DNA from: Promethearchaeota archaeon
GTDB lineage: Archaea; Asgardarchaeota; Lokiarchaeia; Sigyniarchaeales; SOKP01
Assembly (NCBI GenBank): GCA_048938855.1
Contig: JBHLLT010000001.1
Location: 64,001-128,000 of the forward strand
Reading direction: 5' to 3'
DNA length: 64,000 nucleotides
Position 1 is the stretch's first letter, and the number at the start of each line of letters is the position of its first letter. This document shows positions 60,424-64,000 of the stretch, in pieces. The translations under genes and the position numbers were made by a program. The notes beneath the pieces were generated by a model. That model saw nothing but the letters and a program-made list of their open reading frames with translations, made no database searches and had not been told where the DNA came from.

Positions 60424-61626
60424 TTGTTCTCCATTGTTATGAATAAAAAAATAAACATCCTGATTTTGTCTCCTTTATCTCTAGAAAATGGCAGAGGTGG
60501 TGAGATATCATCCATGGAATTAGCTGCTGGTTTAAGTAAATATCATAATATAACCCTTATTGATAGTAATGTTTCTTTTGGTAATAATCTATTGAGTAAA
60601 ACGTCAATTCTTAAAAAATTAAACGGAGTTAAGAGAAATGATAGAATAAAATTCGCAACTTTAAATTTATTTAATAAAACCTTTACATTTCCTTATGTTA
60701 GGGATATAATACGGTTATATAAGAAAATAAAAAAATCCGATATTATCTATACATCGAATTTTACAATAAAAACAAATCTAATACTTATGCTTTTTAGTCT
60801 ACTTCATCGAAAAGGTAAATTTGTGATTGGTCATAGAAAACCTATGTTTAGTGATAAGGTTCTTTCTATTTATAATTTAAAAAATAGAAGTTCGATCCTC
60901 TTGTTTTCATTATTAAAGAAGAGATTGCACCATCATACAATTTCTTATCACGCGAAAAAATATTTAGAATATTTTATTCCTTCAAATAAAATTACACATA
61001 TTATACATGGAATAGATCTAGAAAACTTTCTTAAAGACCAAAAAGAAATTTCAAAGAAAGACACTTTAAATTTTATTTATGTAGGCTCTATTGATGCTAT
61101 TCATAAAGGAGTAGATGTTTTATTAGATGGAATTGAAAAAACTATAGAAGAAAACAAAAATCTAAAGGTATTTTTTGAATTTTGTGGAGTGGGTCCATTA
61201 GAAGAAAGATTAAAAAAGCTGGAACTAAGATACCCTAATTTCATAAGCTACAATGGTTATGTTGATAATGAAATAATTCATACATATTTTAAAAGAAATG
61301 ATGTTTTTTTATTTTCTTCTAGAAGAGAACCATTTGGTAGAGTTTTAATTGAGGCTTTAGCGGCTAAATTAATTATTCTTTGTAGCAAAACATTTGGTTC
61401 AATCGAAGTTTTAAAGAATCAAGAATTTGCCTTTTTCTTCCATAAATTAAATCCTGAAGAAATAAGAGATAGGATTTTAGAAGTATATAATTTATGGAAA
61501 AATGATATAATGAAATTCAATGAACTTAAAGAATTAGCTATTAAATATGTTGTTCAAAAATATTCATTGTCGCAAGAAATTGAGTCATTTAGAAAACTAT
61601 TCGAAAATCTCGTAGGTATTAGATAA
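60424..61626 (+). CDS. Glycosyltransferase family 4
   Basis: GGE, HGID, KGVD, SRREPFGRVLIEALA. Confidence 0.9.
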   Translation: MFSIVMNKKINILILSPLSLENGRGGEISSMELAAGLSKYHNITLIDSNVSFGNNLLSKTSILKKLNGVKRNDRIKFATLNLFNKTFTFPYVRDIIRLYKKIKKSDIIYTSNFTIKTNLILMLFSLLHRKGKFVIGHRKPMFSDKVLSIYNLKNRSSILLFSLLKKRLHHHTISYHAKKYLEYFIPSNKITHIIHGIDLENFLKDQKEISKKDTLNFIYVGSIDAIHKGVDVLLDGIEKTIEENKNLKVFFEFCGVGPLEERLKKLELRYPNFISYNGYVDNEIIHTYFKRNDVFLFSSRREPFGRVLIEALAAKLIILCSKTFGSIEVLKNQEFAFFFHKLNPEEIRDRILEVYNLWKNDIMKFNELKELAIKYVVQKYSLSQEIESFRKLFENLVGIR

Positions 61627-61628
61627 TT

Positions 61629-62888
61629 ATGAAAATTGCATTATTTACTTATCAATTTTATCCTAAATATGGGGGTATTTCTCACACAACTACTAGTTTA
61701 TGTAAATTATTTCGAGAAAAAGAACATGATTTGCATATCTTTAATCCATACCACAAAGGTAAAAATATTCACAATATTTTAGATAAAAACTACTACACTA
61801 TAAAAGATATTTACAAGTTTTTAAAAAATAAACAGCTATTATATTTTCTTATCTTAGCAATTTGGAATATAGTACGAGAAAAAAGAATTAGCTTAGAAGA
61901 TCGAATAAAAATGGTATTATTTCTATTTGTACCAAAATTCGGTATAAAATTTACGATAAATCTCCTAAAAACTTATCCATATTTTAAAAAGATAGATTTT
62001 GATGTTATATTTGGTTGTGCTACAGGTGGTTTCACATTGCCACTAATTTTTGTGCTCTCCAGAATTTTTAAAAAAAAAGTTATTTGCTTATCTCATGGCC
62101 AAGATTTCTTAATAAAGAGACTAATTTCACTTAAAGCTAGCTATATAAAAAATTTGGATAAGATTATCCTGAGTAATACAGTAATGAAAGATCTAATAAA
62201 GTCAATATATAATTTACCTGAAGATAAATTAACCATTATTAATCGCGGAATTGTCCTAAATGATTATGAAGTAAAAGAATCAAAAGAAGAATTAAGAAGA
62301 AAATTGAAGATTAAAGATAATTGTTTTGTTATACTAAGTGTAGGGAACCATGTTAAAAGAAAAGGTTTTGATTTAGTGATAAAAGCAGTTGATAAAATCG
62401 TAAAAAAAGATCCAAATATTCCCATTAAGTATTATTTAATTGGTCGAGGTCATTATACACAAAAATTAAAACAAATAACTGAAGAATTAAATCTTAAAAA
62501 TTTTATAGAATTTCTTGGAGAAATTGATGATAATGAAAGAAATAGATATTATAAATTATCAGATGTCTTTTTAATGCCTTCCACTATAGAAAAAAGTTCA
62601 ATTGAGGGTTTTGGGATTACATTTCTAGAAGCTAATTATTTCAAGTTGCCTGTAATTGGAGCTGCAACAGGCGGTATAACTGAGGCGATCATAAATGGGA
62701 CAACAGGGTTACTTGTTAAACCAAATGATATAAATGACCTAACTGAAAAAATCTTGTTTTTCTATAATCAACCGGAAAAAACAAAAGAAATGGGAGAAGA
62801 GGGATATAATAGAGTTATAAATAATTATAATTGGCATAAAATTTACGAGGAATATATTAAAGTTTTCAGAAATGTAATACAAGAGTAA
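61629..62888 (+). CDS. Glycosyltransferase family 4
   Basis: YPKYGG, HGQD, RKGFD, EGFGITFLEA, GGITEAI. Confidence 0.92.
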   Translation: MKIALFTYQFYPKYGGISHTTTSLCKLFREKEHDLHIFNPYHKGKNIHNILDKNYYTIKDIYKFLKNKQLLYFLILAIWNIVREKRISLEDRIKMVLFLFVPKFGIKFTINLLKTYPYFKKIDFDVIFGCATGGFTLPLIFVLSRIFKKKVICLSHGQDFLIKRLISLKASYIKNLDKIILSNTVMKDLIKSIYNLPEDKLTIINRGIVLNDYEVKESKEELRRKLKIKDNCFVILSVGNHVKRKGFDLVIKAVDKIVKKDPNIPIKYYLIGRGHYTQKLKQITEELNLKNFIEFLGEIDDNERNRYYKLSDVFLMPSTIEKSSIEGFGITFLEANYFKLPVIGAATGGITEAIINGTTGLLVKPNDINDLTEKILFFYNQPEKTKEMGEEGYNRVINNYNWHKIYEEYIKVFRNVIQE

Positions 62889-62936
62889 TGAAAATAGTTA
62901 AGTCCATTATAAATTTGTATATAATGATGTTATAAA

Positions 62937-63680
62937 TTAAGCTTTTATCCCAACAACACAGGCTACTTTTTTTAATTTATTTGATTGATTTTCAGATATA
63001 ACCCAACCATTTTTACTCCTTTCATATATCTCAAATTCAAGTATTCTAAATCTATGAATTAATTGCTCTAATGATTTTTGATCATAATTTCTTTCAAACG
63101 GATCTACAATTGCTTTTCCAAAAGGCACCGTTAAAATTAGTTTCCCTCCAATCTTTAGGAGATTATATATTTTTTCAATAGCTTTTTTATCACCATGCTC
63201 AAATGGTTTTATATTATACGCAGGAAGACCAATATGTTCTATAGTGCTAATACAGATAACACAATCAAATGATTCATTAGGTAGATCAATATCAAAAAAA
63301 TTTCCTTGAATAAACTCTAAGTTCTTATGCTTAAATATAAAAGGTCTATAATCAATTCCTACAACTTTGTATCCTAATGAAGCAAGTTGCATTGAAATCT
63401 TACTTCCTACACATCCTAGATCCAATATCTTTTCCATTTCGTTAAAATCAAAATTTTTATATAAAAATGGAATTTCTACGATCCTTTCTCCGATATTTAT
63501 CTTTTTAGATTTCAAATTAATTATTCTGTAAATCAAATTAAAAAAATTTACAATCTTTGCTTTAAGACCTGAGATTTCATAGTATATATCGTCATCAAAC
63601 TCAATGTAATGCCTTGCTTTCGAATATGATAAAAATTTCTTTATTTCAGTTAATATATGGTTTGAAGTCATGTTATTCAT
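62937..63680 (-). CDS. Class I SAM-dependent methyltransferase (DUF268-like)
   Basis: ERIVE, ILDLGC, GID, ISTIEHIG, LILTVPFG. Confidence 0.85.
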   Translation of the reverse strand: MNNMTSNHILTEIKKFLSYSKARHYIEFDDDIYYEISGLKAKIVNFFNLIYRIINLKSKKINIGERIVEIPFLYKNFDFNEMEKILDLGCVGSKISMQLASLGYKVVGIDYRPFIFKHKNLEFIQGNFFDIDLPNESFDCVICISTIEHIGLPAYNIKPFEHGDKKAIEKIYNLLKIGGKLILTVPFGKAIVDPFERNYDQKSLEQLIHRFRILEFEIYERSKNGWVISENQSNKLKKVACVVGIKA

Positions 63681-63835
63681 AGTAAAAATGATTAATCCAA
63701 ATAGTCTTACTTAAAATTTATAATTTTTTAATAAATTAAGGAATGGTTTTTTATGGAATTTTATAGTAGTGAAGTATTTTTGATCTGTTCCTGAATTTTC
63801 ATAACATTGTTAAATCTAGCTTTAAACTTGTCTCC

Positions 63836-64000
63836 TTATTTTTTTGAAAAAATTCTCCTTGCTGATCTTTCAATTTTGCTTTCCTCAGATTTATAGTATT
63901 CAATGTATGGCAATATTTTACTAAATAGATGTTTTTTTATATCAATAATATTATTTTTTGTTGATTTACTAAGATCATATACTTCTCCAGGGTCGGCTTT
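63836..64000 (-). CDS. C-terminal end of a probable second sulfatase-family protein (5' part outside the window)
   Basis: Hand translation KADPGEVYDLSKST...RIFSKK*; DPGE..L matches the sulfatase C-terminal motif. Confidence 0.55.
   Translation of the reverse strand, partial: KADPGEVYDLSKSTKNNIIDIKKHLFSKILPYIEYYKSEESKIERSARRIFSKK

Overview
AT-rich, gene-dense archaeal chromosome segment that looks like Asgard/Lokiarchaeia. The evidence is archaeal PheRS, TyrRS, AOR and split ACD; a RadA with the Rad51-type Walker A GEFRTGKTQ; a Vps29-like protein; an Rpn11-like JAMM protein; a longin-like membrane receptor; an LRR protein; and several SCP2 proteins. About 50 CDSs cover comDE with two divergent MDR dehydrogenases, a SERCA-type Ca2+ pump, histidine degradation (hutUHI plus formiminotransferase), an AOR-FadD-SCP2-HAD lipid cluster, two adjacent TyrRS genes of different types, PPDK, pheS-pheT-chorismate mutase-bacterial-type RNase PH, and a glycan-modification cluster. 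I found no rRNA, tRNA, CRISPR array or mobile element. Highlights: (1) an unannotated Phe-rich 32-codon leader ORF overlapping a hairpin upstream of pheST-chorismate mutase, resembling bacterial ribosome-mediated attenuation; (2) several genes that apparently must start at ATT/ATA (coaD, an MDR dehydrogenase, probably aor); (3) a four-cassette surface protein with DNA-identical scaffold joints and variable inserts; (4) a surface receptor with a cytoplasmic longin-like and helical module; (5) a JAMM-TPR gene next to a double C2HC zinc-finger gene. All calls come from reading motifs by eye; no database search was run.
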